Shown: positions 36,805 through 47,497, counted from the first letter of the stretch. The stretch: 62,372 nucleotides of DNA from Thermovirgaceae bacterium (GCA_046542505.1 JBKHBH010000003.1:1-62372); one strand, 5' to 3'. Numbers and translations: made by a program. The notes: generated by a model not told the origin, from the sequence alone.

Positions 36805-37971
36805 ATGCCTCGAAAGGATATCACCTCAGGCAACTGGGCTGTTGCCGAAGCCATGCGGCAGATAAATCCCGATGTTGTGGCTGCGTACCCCATCACCCCG
36901 TCAACGGATATTCCGATGAAGTTTTCCGAATTCGTAGCCGACGGCAGCGTTGACACAAACCTGGTCACAGTTGAAAGCGAGCATTCCGCCATCAGCGCCT
37001 GCCTGGCGGCCTCCATTTCCGGAGCCAGGGTCATGACGGCCTCCAGCGCAAACGGGGTGGCGCTCATGCATGAAATATTTCCCATCGCTGCATCATTCAG
37101 AGCTCCCATCGTTTTCGCCCTTGTCAACAGGTCTTTGGGAGCACCGATCAACATTCACTGCGACCACAGCGACAGCATGGCGGAACGGGACTCTTCCTGG
37201 GTCCATTTGTATTGTGAGGACGGTCAGGAAGTCTATGATTCCATGATCATGTCCGTGCGTATAGCCGAACACAATGATGTTCTTCTCCCCGTGTTTGTCT
37301 GCCAGGACGGGTTCATCACGAGCCACTCCTTCGAACCGGTGGAATTTCTTGACGACGAACAGGTCACAAAATTCATTGGTGAGCGCAAACCCCTCAATGC
37401 CCTTCTCGACATCAACAATCCGGTAGCCTACGGCTCTCTGGCGCTTACGGACTACTACTTTGAAATCAAACGCCAACAAATCGAAGCCTTGAAGAACGTG
37501 AGAAAAGTCTACGATGAGGTTTCGGAGGAGTTTGCGGCCCTGACAGGGAGGGAATACCCCGTCATCGAAAAATACAAGACTGATGATGCCGAACACATCA
37601 TGGTGATCATGTCTTCTGCGACTGGGACTGCAAAGGAAACCGTCGATGCGCTGAGGGAAAAGGGACACAAGGTCGGCTGCCTGAGAATCCGCATGTTCCG
37701 GCCTTTCCCTGCGAAGGATATTGTCGATGTTCTCAAGAAAGCCAAAAATATAGCCGTTTGCGATCGTTCTGCCGGTTTTGGAGCAGCAGCCCCTCTGTTC
37801 ACGGAAATAAAGGGAGCCCTGTACGACGCAGGGGTTATGATTCCCGTCAAAAGCTATGTTTATGGACTTGGAGGCCGTGATTTCTTCCCCTACAACGCAG
37901 AGGAGGCTTTCATGGACCTCGTAGAAAACCGCATGAGCACCGAGGAAAAATACCTCGGACTCCGCGAGTAG
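36805..37971 (+). CDS. porA: Pyruvate:ferredoxin oxidoreductase alpha subunit
   Basis: AAYPITP, VESEHSA, INIHCDHSD, QDGFITSH, YGLGGRD. Confidence 0.95.
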   Translation: MPRKDITSGNWAVAEAMRQINPDVVAAYPITPSTDIPMKFSEFVADGSVDTNLVTVESEHSAISACLAASISGARVMTASSANGVALMHEIFPIAASFRAPIVFALVNRSLGAPINIHCDHSDSMAERDSSWVHLYCEDGQEVYDSMIMSVRIAEHNDVLLPVFVCQDGFITSHSFEPVEFLDDEQVTKFIGERKPLNALLDINNPVAYGSLALTDYYFEIKRQQIEALKNVRKVYDEVSEEFAALTGREYPVIEKYKTDDAEHIMVIMSSATGTAKETVDALREKGHKVGCLRIRMFRPFPAKDIVDVLKKAKNIAVCDRSAGFGAAAPLFTEIKGALYDAGVMIPVKSYVYGLGGRDFFPYNAEEAFMDLVENRMSTEEKYLGLRE

Positions 37972-37989
37972 GCAGGAGGTGCCGACACA

Positions 37990-38934
37990 ATGGCTGTCAG
38001 GCTGAAAGATTTGACAACCAAAGATACACCGATGACAAGAGGCCACCGGATGTGCCCCGGGTGCGGAGCACCCACGGCCGTCAAACAGGGTCTCATTGCT
38101 GTCGACAAGCCCCTGGTCGTGACCTGTGCGACAGGATGTCTCGAGGTTTCCACAACGATTTATCCTTTTAACGCCTGGAATGTCCCCTTCCTCCACAGTG
38201 CTTTCGAAAATGCCGGGGCAAGCGTTTCGGGAATCGAAGCCGCTTACGTAGCGTTGAAAAAACGTGGAAAGATTACAGAGGACATCAAATTTATTGCTTT
38301 CGGGGGTGACGGAGGAACCTACGATATAGGTCTGCAGGCCCTTTCCGGAGCGGCCGAGCGCGGCCACGATTTTACCTATATCTGTTACAACAACCAGGGA
38401 TATATGAACACTGGAGCCCAAAGGAGCAGCGCAACACCTCATGGCGCCAGTGCAACGACATCCCCCGCCGGAAAAAAGATCCCGGGTAAAATACAGCGTC
38501 CGAAGGACCTTACTGATATCATGGCGGCTCATCACATTCCCTATGTCGCCCAGACAACGTTGCACAACCCGCAGGACGTGATCGAAAAGGTCAAAAAGGC
38601 TGTTGAAACGCCGGGACCGAGTTTCGTCAATATCCTTGTTCCCTGCGTGCTTTTCTGGAGAATTGATCCGGCGATGCAGAAAGATATCTGCAAACTGGCA
38701 GCAGATACGAGAATCTGGCCGATCTACGAAGTTGAAAACGGTGAATGGAAGTTGGGCTACAAACCGAGGAAATTTGTCCCCGTCGAGGAATACCTCAAGC
38801 CTCAGGGCAGGTTCCGCCATCTTTTCAAAAACAATGAGTGGAAACCCGTGGTTGAACAGCTTCAGAAAGAAGTCGAGGAAAAGTGGACCTATGTCCTGGG
38901 CAGGTGTGGCGAAACCTGGGAACCCAAGGAATAG
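37990..38934 (+). CDS. porB: Pyruvate:ferredoxin oxidoreductase beta subunit
   Basis: GHRMCPGCG, TGCLEV, TPP-binding GGDGGTYDIG...NQGYMNTG. Confidence 0.95.
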   Translation: MAVRLKDLTTKDTPMTRGHRMCPGCGAPTAVKQGLIAVDKPLVVTCATGCLEVSTTIYPFNAWNVPFLHSAFENAGASVSGIEAAYVALKKRGKITEDIKFIAFGGDGGTYDIGLQALSGAAERGHDFTYICYNNQGYMNTGAQRSSATPHGASATTSPAGKKIPGKIQRPKDLTDIMAAHHIPYVAQTTLHNPQDVIEKVKKAVETPGPSFVNILVPCVLFWRIDPAMQKDICKLAADTRIWPIYEVENGEWKLGYKPRKFVPVEEYLKPQGRFRHLFKNNEWKPVVEQLQKEVEEKWTYVLGRCGETWEPKE

Positions 38935-38961
38935 GATTCGGAGCAGATACGGTTCTTGTGC

Positions 38962-38990
38962 TTGACCCGAGGAAGAATCAAAGATACAAT
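38962..38990 (+). promoter_or_regulatory. Promoter of tRNA-Pro
   Basis: TTGACC-N17-TACAAT. Confidence 0.75.
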
Positions 38991-39002
38991 ACTCGTCGCT
39001 GA

Positions 39003-39080
39003 CGGGACGTAGCGCAGTCTGGTAAGCGCACTTGACTGGGGGTCAAGGGGTCGGAGGTTCAAATCCTCTCGTCCCGACCA
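39003..39080 (+). tRNA. tRNA-Pro (GGG)
   Basis: Acceptor CGGGACG/CGTCCCG-A-CCA, anticodon arm CTTGA-CT-GGG-GG-TCAAG, T-loop GTTCAAATC. Confidence 0.97.
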
Positions 39081-39086
39081 GAAAGC

Positions 39087-39122
39087 AAAAAGCGGGAGAC
39101 GCAGGTCTCCCGCTTTTCTTTT
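39087..39122 (+). terminator. Intrinsic terminator after tRNA-Pro
   Basis: AAAAGCGGGAGAC-gcag-GTCTCCCGCTTTT followed by a T-run. Confidence 0.85.
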
Positions 39123-39150
39123 CATCTGGAAGAAACGGCGGGGAAAGACA

Positions 39151-39981
39151 ATGATGACGGCGAAAAGGAAAACGGGACCTTCGAAGATAGGACAAAATTT
39201 CCTGGTCGACGAAAATATTGCCAGATTCATGTGCCGAAGGGCGGCAATAGGACCAAAGGATACGGTCCTAGAGATCGGTCCAGGAAAAGGGATGCTCACA
39301 GGTCATTTGCTCGAAGCTTCGCCCCGCTGCCTTTATGCCATCGAGATAGACAGAGAACGTTTTTCCGCCGATCTGGAACCCCTCGCGTTTGCGCATCCGA
39401 ATTTGGAGATTATCTGGTGCGATGCGCTCGCTTTTGATTATCGCGTCTTTTTTGATGTCCCGCCGGAAAAGATTGTCGCCAATATCCCTTATCAGATCAC
39501 CACGGAACTTTTGTGGAAACTTCTTGAGGAAGCGGCTCCCGCGGGAGCCGCAAGCTTTCTTCTTATGGTCCAGGCGGAAGCCGCTGACAGGATTTCGGCC
39601 CGCCCCGGGGCAAGACAAAGTAACCCACTGAGCGTAACTCTGGCGCTCATGGGGTCCGTGGATCTCGTGAAAAACGTTCCGCCCGAAGTTTTTCGACCCA
39701 GGCCGAAGGTTCAATCGACAATTGTGCAGATCCAGCTTGACAAGCCTCGTTTTTTTGAAGAGAAAAAGAACTGGCGCCATTTCATTGAAACGGCTTACAG
39801 ACAACGTCGAAAGACACTGTTAAACAACCTTTTCAAAGGACTGCATCTTGAGAGGGAAATGATTATGAGCTGGTTCAGGAAGCTTGGTGTCGGACCGAAA
39901 CAGCGAGCGGAAGAGATTGATCCGGATATATGGAATTTGCTCTATGAAGAGTGGTCAAAAATGAGGCGGGCGAAGCCCTGA
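39151..39981 (+). CDS. rsmA: 16S rRNA dimethyladenosine transferase RsmA/KsgA
   Basis: GQNFL, LEIGPGKG-LT, VANIPYQIT, F-P-PKV-S, QRRKTL-NNL. Confidence 0.95.
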   Translation: MMTAKRKTGPSKIGQNFLVDENIARFMCRRAAIGPKDTVLEIGPGKGMLTGHLLEASPRCLYAIEIDRERFSADLEPLAFAHPNLEIIWCDALAFDYRVFFDVPPEKIVANIPYQITTELLWKLLEEAAPAGAASFLLMVQAEAADRISARPGARQSNPLSVTLALMGSVDLVKNVPPEVFRPRPKVQSTIVQIQLDKPRFFEEKKNWRHFIETAYRQRRKTLLNNLFKGLHLEREMIMSWFRKLGVGPKQRAEEIDPDIWNLLYEEWSKMRRAKP

Positions 39982-40034
39982 AAGGCCACCCGCCTCGATT
40001 CCTCGCGGAATCTCGAAAATAGAAAGGACGATTC

Positions 40035-40310
40035 CTAGGAAATACGGTCCTTCAAAGCTTTTCCAGGTCGGAAAGCCGGTACTTTCTTGCTGGGTATGTT
40101 GATGACCTTTGATGGATCCTGGGGGTTTCTCCCCTTCCGGGCCGCGCGTTTTCGGACCTCGAAAGTCCCGAACCCTACAAGTTGCACCTTCTCACCTTTT
40201 GCGAGCGCAGCGCTGATCGCATCGATCGTAGCAGCGACAGCTTCGCCCGCCTGCCGCTTGTTGATTCCTGCGGCTTTGGCCACAGCCTGTACCAAATCTG
40301 CCTTCGTCAC
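40035..40310 (-). CDS. hup: DNA-binding protein HU
   Basis: TKADLV, VQLVGFGTF, RAARKGRNPQ, PAFRPGKALK. Confidence 0.97.
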   Translation of the reverse strand: MTKADLVQAVAKAAGINKRQAGEAVAATIDAISAALAKGEKVQLVGFGTFEVRKRAARKGRNPQDPSKVINIPSKKVPAFRPGKALKDRIS

Positions 40311-40397
40311 TCTTCATGCACCTCCTCTTTTTCAGTCTGGGACTGAAACCAACTATGGTGCTCCTTGTGGTATTAATATCACGTTGAAACAAGCTGG

Positions 40398-41732
40398 TCA
40401 AGGCCGCACGCTTCGGGTTCGCTTTTTCAAGACGCGTTTCCAGGTGATTCGTATTGGTGAACCTTCAAAATTGGCGATATTCCTTAACATACGATGAACA
40501 TGACGTTCAAAAGAAGGTGTCACTATCTTTGGATCGTTTACCGTGAATTCAAAATGAGGTGGGTTCGTTCCCGTTTGGGCGCATCGCGAAATCGAAAGCT
40601 TTTTCCCGCTGTTATCAGAGGGCATTCTTTCAAAAAGGAACGACTCTCTGACGATTTTCCCCAACAGCTCGTCGGTGAGCACACGTTTTCTGTTTTCAAC
40701 AATTTTTTCGACGCTGCCGGGTACTTTCATTAGTCCTCTTCCAGTCTTTGAGGAAAGGAAAAGAAGGGGTGCAAAATCGACAAAGGGCATCTTCTCCCTT
40801 ACGGTCAGGCGAACCAGGTCACCTGTACGAGGATTTTTGGAGAGAAGGTCCCATTTGTTGACCACCAGAAGCAACCCTTTCCCCTTGTCTACCACATGGG
40901 AGGCGATTTTTTTGTCCTGGTCGGTGCAAAGAGGATCTCCCTGCATCAGAAGTATCGTGACATCGCTTTTGTCGATGGCTTCCTGGGTCCGCACAAGGGA
41001 ATAGAATTCCACTTTTGAGCTGATTTTCGAACGTTTCCTCAGTCCGGCCGTATCTATAATCCGAAAGGGTCTTTCACCAAAAAAAACCAGCGTGTCAATT
41101 GAGTCTCGCGTTGTGCCCGGAACATCTTCAACAAGGGCTCGTTCCGTTTTGGCAAGAGCATTCAGCAGTGTCGATTTTCCGACATTCGGCCTGCCGACCA
41201 GGGCAATCCGGACTTCCTCCGTGTCTTCCTTTTCGGGTGGTTCTGAAATGTATGGGAGGATTTTATCCAGAAGGTCGCCGATGTTTCTCCCGTGGGAGGA
41301 ACTGACACCGACCACGTTTGCAAATCCCAGGGAATAAAAATCATAGACCCTGCTTTCATGGACGACATCATCGATCTTGTTCACGACGAGTATCACGGGC
41401 TTCCCTGTTTTCCTGAGCTGAAGGGCGATCTCTTCATCAAGGGGTGTGCTTCCAACCATGGCATCCACAACGAACAGCAGGACATCGCTTTCTTCAATAG
41501 CTCTTTGAACCTGACGGTGAACAGCTCCAGTGAGGCCATCGGGAGAAAAACCTGTCATCCCGCCTGTGTCGACGAGATAAAACGTCTTTCCTTGCCACTC
41601 GGCACGTGCATAAATCCGATCTCTGGTTACGCCAGGCTGGTCATCCACGATTGCCTCACGGCGTCCGGCTATGCGGTTGAAAAGAGATGATTTTCCGACA
41701 TTCGGGTGCCCAACAATTGCTACAATCGCCAT
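40398..41732 (-). CDS. der: Ribosome biogenesis GTPase Der (EngA)
   Basis: Two tandem G domains (G-PNVGKS twice, DTGG/DTAG, NKID/NKWD). Confidence 0.96.
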   Translation of the reverse strand: MAIVAIVGHPNVGKSSLFNRIAGRREAIVDDQPGVTRDRIYARAEWQGKTFYLVDTGGMTGFSPDGLTGAVHRQVQRAIEESDVLLFVVDAMVGSTPLDEEIALQLRKTGKPVILVVNKIDDVVHESRVYDFYSLGFANVVGVSSSHGRNIGDLLDKILPYISEPPEKEDTEEVRIALVGRPNVGKSTLLNALAKTERALVEDVPGTTRDSIDTLVFFGERPFRIIDTAGLRKRSKISSKVEFYSLVRTQEAIDKSDVTILLMQGDPLCTDQDKKIASHVVDKGKGLLLVVNKWDLLSKNPRTGDLVRLTVREKMPFVDFAPLLFLSSKTGRGLMKVPGSVEKIVENRKRVLTDELLGKIVRESFLFERMPSDNSGKKLSISRCAQTGTNPPHFEFTVNDPKIVTPSFERHVHRMLRNIANFEGSPIRITWKRVLKKRTRSVRP

Positions 41733-41752
41733 TTTCCCCACCTTCCACGGAA

Positions 41753-43573
41753 CTAGTCGATCCAGACTTTCAAACGGGGGAAGCCTTCTTTCGATCGGGA
41801 CACCGAGAAAAAAGGTTCCAAGGCTTTTCTCAAAGGTTCAGTTTTCGCAGTTCTGACCCAGAAAAGTTCCTGTCCCGGTTCCGGATCAAGGCATTCAAAG
41901 CCGGCCTTTTCAAGATTCAAAAGCATTTTGCCCTTTATTTGCTTCCCCGCATGGATCTCGACAAGGTATTTCCAGGGTGGAAGGCCGAGTTCCCGTCGCT
42001 CGGAAAGTTCACTTTCCCAGAATATATGCCACCCTTTTTCCAGACCTCTCTGCCATCCTGCCCTCGGCCTGAATGTCTGTAAAACGACTGTCCGGTTCTT
42101 TGGGTTTCGCCCCCGCCAAAGGGATTCCCATACCATCCGGAACGTTTTGTATTTCACATCATATGAAGGCTTCAGGAGTTCCATGTCCGCGTCCAGCCAG
42201 CAAATAAGCTCGATCGGGACATCATCACACAATTCCAGTGCCTTTCTCGAACCTGTGACGATGCCACCTTTTTCGCCCAAGGCCTGCAAGAGCTCCTTGC
42301 GGCGTGTCCTTTCGCGTTTTTGAGAGCCATGCCATTCATGAACACGCGCGCTATCGCCCAGCAGGCCTGTCGCTAGCTTCGTGGAGGCCTCTATTCCCGG
42401 CCTGCCGCCTTCCATGAGCATGCCTTTGCACATCGGGCATTTTTCAGGAATATTTTCCCTGTTTCCGCAAAAGGGGCAAACCGCCACGGCTTCACCTGAC
42501 TCCCACCGCAGGGCTGTCCCACATTTTTTGCAGCCAAGAATGTGTCCGCACTCGCAGCACCATATCCCGGAGGCATAACCGATCCTGTCCAAAAGCCACA
42601 AAACAGTTTTACCGGCCGCGGTTGCTTCCTGTGTCCTGGTTAATACTGCGTCAGTAACGCCAAGCGGGTGTTTCACGCCGCGCACTTCGAATTCCCGCGC
42701 CTGCCGGCGGTCAGCAAATATGACCCGGTTCCTTGTCTCATCAGTGCATTTTTCCCTTTTGAAAAAGTACGTTCTGGAAGACGGCATCGCACCGCCAAGA
42801 AGAAGTTCCGCCTTCCAGTATTTGGCCCGGTACGTCAAAACCGACCTGGCGTGAATGAAGGGAAACCGTCTCGTATAGTAAGCGGGACTGCCTTCATCGT
42901 CTACAATGATCCTCTCTATTCCTGCCAGAGGTGCAAAAAGAGCTCCCATCGAACCGATGACGAGGTTTCGTTCTCCCGTCAAAACCTTTTTCCAGGCTTC
43001 CCAGAAACGCTTGCCTGTACCAGCAGGCCAAAGTATGCCTTTTTCGCGGACTCCCCTCTCAAGGTCTTCCCAAAATCTTTCGGCCTGTCTTCTTTCGGGA
43101 AAAACAACGAGGTTTCCACGTGCGCTGTCATCTTCCACAAGGACCCTGTAATGCCCGTACCGGTCGTTGTCACGAGCCTTTCTGTCGAAACATATCCTGA
43201 AAGAACCTTCTGTTCGCGGTTTCATTTCTTCCGGTGTGTGCAGCGGGGCTCCTTTAAAAAAAGGATCCGGGAAGGCAATCTTCATCAATTCTCCGGAGCC
43301 GCAGAAAAAATGTCTTCCCGTCAGGTGAAGTGTCTGAAGGATTTCTTCAGGAACGACAGGGGCCGAGTCAATGACATTTTTAATTGGTCTGAAGGAATAA
43401 TCCCTCGTATTCGGGATCTTTTCACGTTTTGCGCTTTGGACGATTATGCCCGTTCGTTCTCCCCTTCCTACGGGAACCCTGACTCTGCAGCCTCGAAGCA
43501 GAGGTTCATCTCCAAGATATGTCAGTGGGTGCCACCATGGGCCCGGAAGAAGGACATCGTGCAGCCACTCCAT
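41753..43573 (-). CDS. priA: Primosomal protein N' (PriA) with degenerate helicase motifs
   Basis: RVRVPVG 3'-binding domain, ALFAP, four CxxC pairs, VLQT, R--LGLPP. coaBC-priA synteny. Confidence 0.85.
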   Translation of the reverse strand: MEWLHDVLLPGPWWHPLTYLGDEPLLRGCRVRVPVGRGERTGIIVQSAKREKIPNTRDYSFRPIKNVIDSAPVVPEEILQTLHLTGRHFFCGSGELMKIAFPDPFFKGAPLHTPEEMKPRTEGSFRICFDRKARDNDRYGHYRVLVEDDSARGNLVVFPERRQAERFWEDLERGVREKGILWPAGTGKRFWEAWKKVLTGERNLVIGSMGALFAPLAGIERIIVDDEGSPAYYTRRFPFIHARSVLTYRAKYWKAELLLGGAMPSSRTYFFKREKCTDETRNRVIFADRRQAREFEVRGVKHPLGVTDAVLTRTQEATAAGKTVLWLLDRIGYASGIWCCECGHILGCKKCGTALRWESGEAVAVCPFCGNRENIPEKCPMCKGMLMEGGRPGIEASTKLATGLLGDSARVHEWHGSQKRERTRRKELLQALGEKGGIVTGSRKALELCDDVPIELICWLDADMELLKPSYDVKYKTFRMVWESLWRGRNPKNRTVVLQTFRPRAGWQRGLEKGWHIFWESELSERRELGLPPWKYLVEIHAGKQIKGKMLLNLEKAGFECLDPEPGQELFWVRTAKTEPLRKALEPFFSVSRSKEGFPRLKVWID

Positions 43574-44796
43574 CAGGATTGTTTCGGCCACCTGTCAGTA
43601 ATTACGTCCCAAAGGCCTTCAGCAACATGATCCTTTGTTCCGGAAAAACACGAAACGGTTCCAGACGCATCCAGAACGGTCACGTCATTCTTGTCCGCGG
43701 CAAATCCCGATTCGGGAGTGTTGACATCGTTCACGGCTATAAGATCGATGCCCTTGCTCGAGAGTTTCGAAGAGGCGTTTTGCACAAGATCCTGCGTCTC
43801 CGCAGCAAAACCGACTAATATTTGGCCTTTTTTTCGCTTTTTGGCGACTTCCGCAAGAATATCCGTATTTGGAACGAGTTCGATAGTCATCGGTCCACTT
43901 TTTCGTTTTATTTTCTGGGCGGAAAGGAAAGCCGCCTTGTAATCGCCTACAGCTGCAGCCTTGACTATGATGTCCGCCTTTTCAGATTCCTTGAGTACAG
44001 CGTCAAGCATTTGGTCTGCTGTAACAACGGATATGATCCGTACTCCGTGGGGCGGTTTGACCGTGGCTGGGCCTGAAACGACTGTAACGTCGGCTCCCCG
44101 GTACCAGGCGGCTCTTGCAAGGGCAAAACCCATTTTCCCGCTGCTGGGGTTGGAAATGTGCCTGACGGGATCAAGGTACTCGTGTGTTGGCCCGGCTGTG
44201 ACAAGCACCTTACGGCCTTCGAGTTCCTTTCGCGGACAGACGGCCTTGAGAATTTCCTCCTCGATGATTTCGATTTCGGGTAGCCTTCCCTTTCCTTCAT
44301 CCTTGCAGGCCAGTTGTCCCTGGTCAGGATCAATGATGTTGTAGCCATATTCACGGCATTTCCGGCAGTTTTGTTGGACTCCCTTGTGAAGCCACATATC
44401 GGTGTTCATGGAAGGAAACATTAAAACCGGCGCCCTGGAGGCCAGTACCGTTGCCGGAATCAGGGAGGATGCGTCACCGGCAGCCAGGCTCGACAATGTC
44501 GCCGCAGTGCAAGGAACCACAGCGAGGGCATCACAGTTTTGGGCGAGCTTGATATGGGGTATCTCGTAACCTCGCTCATTCGAAAGAAAGTCCGCTTCAG
44601 ACCATGCCTTCTGCCTCGAAAGCACCGAAAGCGTAAAGGGCGAAACGAAACGCTCCGCGGCCTCGGAAAGAACGGTTTCGACCTTCCATTCTCTTCGTGA
44701 GAAGGCGCGCACCAGTTCGGGAATCTTATACGCCGCTATTCCTCCTGTTATGCATAACAGGAGGTTTCTATGACTTTTCCAGTCCGTTTTCGCCAT
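43573..44796 (-). CDS. coaBC: Bifunctional PPC decarboxylase / PPC synthetase
   Basis: TGGIAAYK, PSMN--MW, LAC---GKGRL, TAGPT-E-LDPVR-ISNPSSGKMG, AAAVGDY, GFAAET. Confidence 0.97.
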   Translation of the reverse strand: MAKTDWKSHRNLLLCITGGIAAYKIPELVRAFSRREWKVETVLSEAAERFVSPFTLSVLSRQKAWSEADFLSNERGYEIPHIKLAQNCDALAVVPCTAATLSSLAAGDASSLIPATVLASRAPVLMFPSMNTDMWLHKGVQQNCRKCREYGYNIIDPDQGQLACKDEGKGRLPEIEIIEEEILKAVCPRKELEGRKVLVTAGPTHEYLDPVRHISNPSSGKMGFALARAAWYRGADVTVVSGPATVKPPHGVRIISVVTADQMLDAVLKESEKADIIVKAAAVGDYKAAFLSAQKIKRKSGPMTIELVPNTDILAEVAKKRKKGQILVGFAAETQDLVQNASSKLSSKGIDLIAVNDVNTPESGFAADKNDVTVLDASGTVSCFSGTKDHVAEGLWDVITDRWPKQS

Positions 44797-45016
44797 CCTC
44801 GGCTCCCTTCGAAGGGTTCGCCTCCTTTTGGGATGGAAGAATGTATCCGAGTTTCCCCTCGGCAAGTTCCTTCATTGCCTGTTCGATTGGATTTGTTTTT
44901 CCCTCCTCAAGAAAGCTTCGCCCTTTCCTCTCGCTCAGCTGTTTTGCCCGTTTCGCGATAATCTGTGTCTCGAGAAACTTGTTTTTTGATCCGATTTTGT
45001 CCCTGTTTTGCTGCAT
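44768..45016 (-). CDS. rpoZ: RNA polymerase omega subunit
   Basis: NKF----IAKRAKQL...P---AMKEL--G. Between gmk and coaBC. Confidence 0.85.
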   Translation of the reverse strand: MQQNRDKIGSKNKFLETQIIAKRAKQLSERKGRSFLEEGKTNPIEQAMKELAEGKLGYILPSQKEANPSKGAEDGENGLEKS

Positions 45017-45022
45017 CTACAA

Positions 45023-45625
45023 TCACCTCTTGGCAAAAGGGGTATCAGTCTTTTGGTTCCGGCAGGATCTGACGATGTCCGCCAGTTCTTTTGCCGCTCG
45101 TTCGATATCATCGTTTATGACAATGTGATCGTAACTCGGCGCCGCATCCAGTTCTTTCCGGGCATTCTCCAGACGCTTCCTGCGTTCCTGTTCCTGTTCC
45201 GTGCCTCTTCGGCTGAGCCGGCGTATCAGCTCACCTTCTCCCGGCGGAGAAATAAAAATCAGTACAGCCTCAGGCATGCGGTTTTTTACCTGCATTGCAC
45301 CCTGGACATCGATTTCAAGGATGACATCCTTTCCTTCACGCAAGGAACTTCTTACCGTTTCTTCAAGGGTGCCGTACAGGTTTCCGTGGACTTCGGCCCA
45401 TTCGAGAAACGCTCCCCTTTCGAGAAGCCTGTCAAAGGTTTTGCCATCCAGGAAAAAGTAATCTACCCCTTCTCTTTCGTCGGTTCGTGGCTCGCGCGTG
45501 GTACATGAAACGGAATAGGAAAGATCTCCGATTCGCCTGAAAAGCTCTTTTCGGAGCGTTCCCTTACCGACGCCGCTTGGCCCTGATATGACGAAAAGGG
45601 TTCCCTCAGGGACCTTCTTCGCCAT
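45023..45625 (-). CDS. gmk: Guanylate kinase
   Basis: [34 protein letters not shown]. Confidence 0.97.
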   Translation of the reverse strand: MAKKVPEGTLFVISGPSGVGKGTLRKELFRRIGDLSYSVSCTTREPRTDEREGVDYFFLDGKTFDRLLERGAFLEWAEVHGNLYGTLEETVRSSLREGKDVILEIDVQGAMQVKNRMPEAVLIFISPPGEGELIRRLSRRGTEQEQERRKRLENARKELDAAPSYDHIVINDDIERAAKELADIVRSCRNQKTDTPFAKR

Positions 45626-45869
45626 TCTCTACTCCTTCGAAACGAAGAGAAACCGTCTCGGGTTGTATGGCCGACAAGATGACATGGTTGCTGTCAGTGA
45701 CAATAATAGCCCGGGTTTTTCTCCCTTCCGTGGCATCAATAAGTCTGCCCTGCATTCGCGCCTCGTCTTTCAGGCGTTTGATGGGCGCTGAGGTGGGATG
45801 AATTATCGATACAATGCGATCACTGACGACCATGTTTCCGAAACCGATATGAAGCAGTCTGTTTTTCAT
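45606..45869 (-). CDS. remA: DUF370 / RemA family protein
   Basis: [38 protein letters not shown]. Confidence 0.9.
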   Translation of the reverse strand: MKNRLLHIGFGNMVVSDRIVSIIHPTSAPIKRLKDEARMQGRLIDATEGRKTRAIIVTDSNHVILSAIQPETVSLRFEGVENGEEGP

Positions 45870-45874
45870 GGCAA

Positions 45875-46762
45875 TCACTCCACGTTCTGGATCTGCTCGC
45901 GAATTCTTTCGAGTGTTGCTTTTGCTTCTACCGCTTCCCATCGTAGGGTTGAATCATTGCTCTTGGACGCAATGGTATTGACTTCACGGTTCATTTCCTG
46001 AACGAGAAAATCAAGTTTTTTGCCTGAAACCTCAACATTATCCATGATTTCCCTGAATTTCGCTACATGGCTGTCGAGTCTGGCAATTTCCTCGGTGATA
46101 TCCCATTTGTCATTCAGGATCACGACTTCCTGGGCGATTCTGGCTTCGTCCGGGGCAATATCCTGCCCGTCGAGCAAGGTGGCGATTCTTTCCCTGAAAG
46201 CTTCTATTGCCTCATTTCGAGCGTCCGGCCAGCGTTGTCTGACGTTTTGAACCCGTTCTTCAAGGTCATCGAGACGGGACATAATATCTTCCGAAAGATG
46301 GCCCCCCTCTGTTTTCCGCATGACATTCCAGTCTTCAAGTGCTGATTCGAGCAAGGGTTCCATGTCTTTTCCCATTGCCTCCAAGGAGGATGCGTCACCG
46401 GAAGCGGCCGGTTCAAGGACTCCCGGAAGATTCAAGAGAGGCTCGATCTGCGGTACCCTTTCAAGGCCGAGATCTGCAAGAGTCTTTTGAATATTTCTCA
46501 CGTAGGCCTTGAGGATTCCGCCGTTCACGGAACAGGCCTTGTATTCTTGTGACCAGCAGACATCACATCTGAGCACAACCTTACCTCTCTGGAAAGCAGA
46601 CCGAAGCTTTTTCTGCAGCAGGGGTTCAGTGCCTGAAAGTTCCTTGGGCAACCGGATGGAAATATCTTGATACTTGTGATTCACGCTGGAAAGCTCCAGA
46701 CTGACCGTTCCCCATGCGAAAGATCCCTGGACCCTGCTGTATCCCGTCATGCTTTTCAGCAT
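45875..46762 (-). CDS. YicC/YloC family endoribonuclease
   Basis: [53 protein letters not shown]. Confidence 0.93.
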   Translation of the reverse strand: MLKSMTGYSRVQGSFAWGTVSLELSSVNHKYQDISIRLPKELSGTEPLLQKKLRSAFQRGKVVLRCDVCWSQEYKACSVNGGILKAYVRNIQKTLADLGLERVPQIEPLLNLPGVLEPAASGDASSLEAMGKDMEPLLESALEDWNVMRKTEGGHLSEDIMSRLDDLEERVQNVRQRWPDARNEAIEAFRERIATLLDGQDIAPDEARIAQEVVILNDKWDITEEIARLDSHVAKFREIMDNVEVSGKKLDFLVQEMNREVNTIASKSNDSTLRWEAVEAKATLERIREQIQNVE

Positions 46763-46834
46763 TCGGCAACCACCTTCCTGATGAGTTTTTATGTGCCATG
46801 CCGGATTCCGTGCATGTAAAACGCCGAAAGATTT

Positions 46835-47497
46835 CTAGTGAGTGTCCGTTTTTAAACCGGCCTTTTCGGAGAGTTCACGGAGCTCTTCTTCCAGTTGTTT
46901 TGTCACCGCCTTGCGGATTTCTTTCGATGATTCTGATCCCGCCGTTTTTACAGGTTCAATGGCCTTCCCGAAATATACCGTGATTTTTGCCGGTTTATAA
47001 AAGGAACGGTGTCGCGGGAGTGCCTCGTAGCTTCCGTATATAAAAACAGGAATGACAATGCACCGTGTCTTGGCTGCAAGCATCCCTGTGCCCTCCTCAA
47101 GAGGCTGGAGCCTTCCCGTGGGTGATCTCTGACCTTCGGGGAAAACGAGCACGCTTTCACCGGAATCGATCAGTCGTATCAATGTCTTCAACGCTGACGC
47201 CGCTCCGGCCATTTCTTCCCTTCGGGCGGGAATAGCGCCAAGCCATCGGATAATCAGGCCCAAAAACGGGACTTTGAAAAGGCTCGATTTCGCGAGGTAC
47301 CGCAGGCGCCGCGGATAGGCGCACCCGATGATGACTGGATCCAGGTTGCTGCAGTGGTTGGCGGCGATGATAACCGGTCCCTGGTGTTTCAGGGATTCTT
47401 TCAGGCCGTGCACGGTCATTCTGTTGTACAGGGTAAGAATGATGCGGCAGAAGACCCAGGCTGCAACGTAAAAAAAACGTTCCCGAAACCACGTCAA
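46835..47497 (-). CDS. plsC: 1-acyl-sn-glycerol-3-phosphate acyltransferase
   Basis: NHCSNLD and FPEGQRS motifs. Confidence 0.88.
   Translation of the reverse strand: MTWFRERFFYVAAWVFCRIILTLYNRMTVHGLKESLKHQGPVIIAANHCSNLDPVIIGCAYPRRLRYLAKSSLFKVPFLGLIIRWLGAIPARREEMAGAASALKTLIRLIDSGESVLVFPEGQRSPTGRLQPLEEGTGMLAAKTRCIVIPVFIYGSYEALPRHRSFYKPAKITVYFGKAIEPVKTAGSESSKEIRKAVTKQLEEELRELSEKAGLKTDTH

Noticed and set aside
37093..38820. 575-aa antisense ORF opposite porA/porB
   Set aside because: It lies wholly antisense to highly conserved genes, shows no recognisable motif, and is best explained as a codon-bias shadow frame.
39003..39122. tRNA-Pro (and tRNA-Ile2 at 52212-52288) as integration sites
   Set aside because: Both are followed directly by terminators and core genes. 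No integrase or duplicated 3' end was found.
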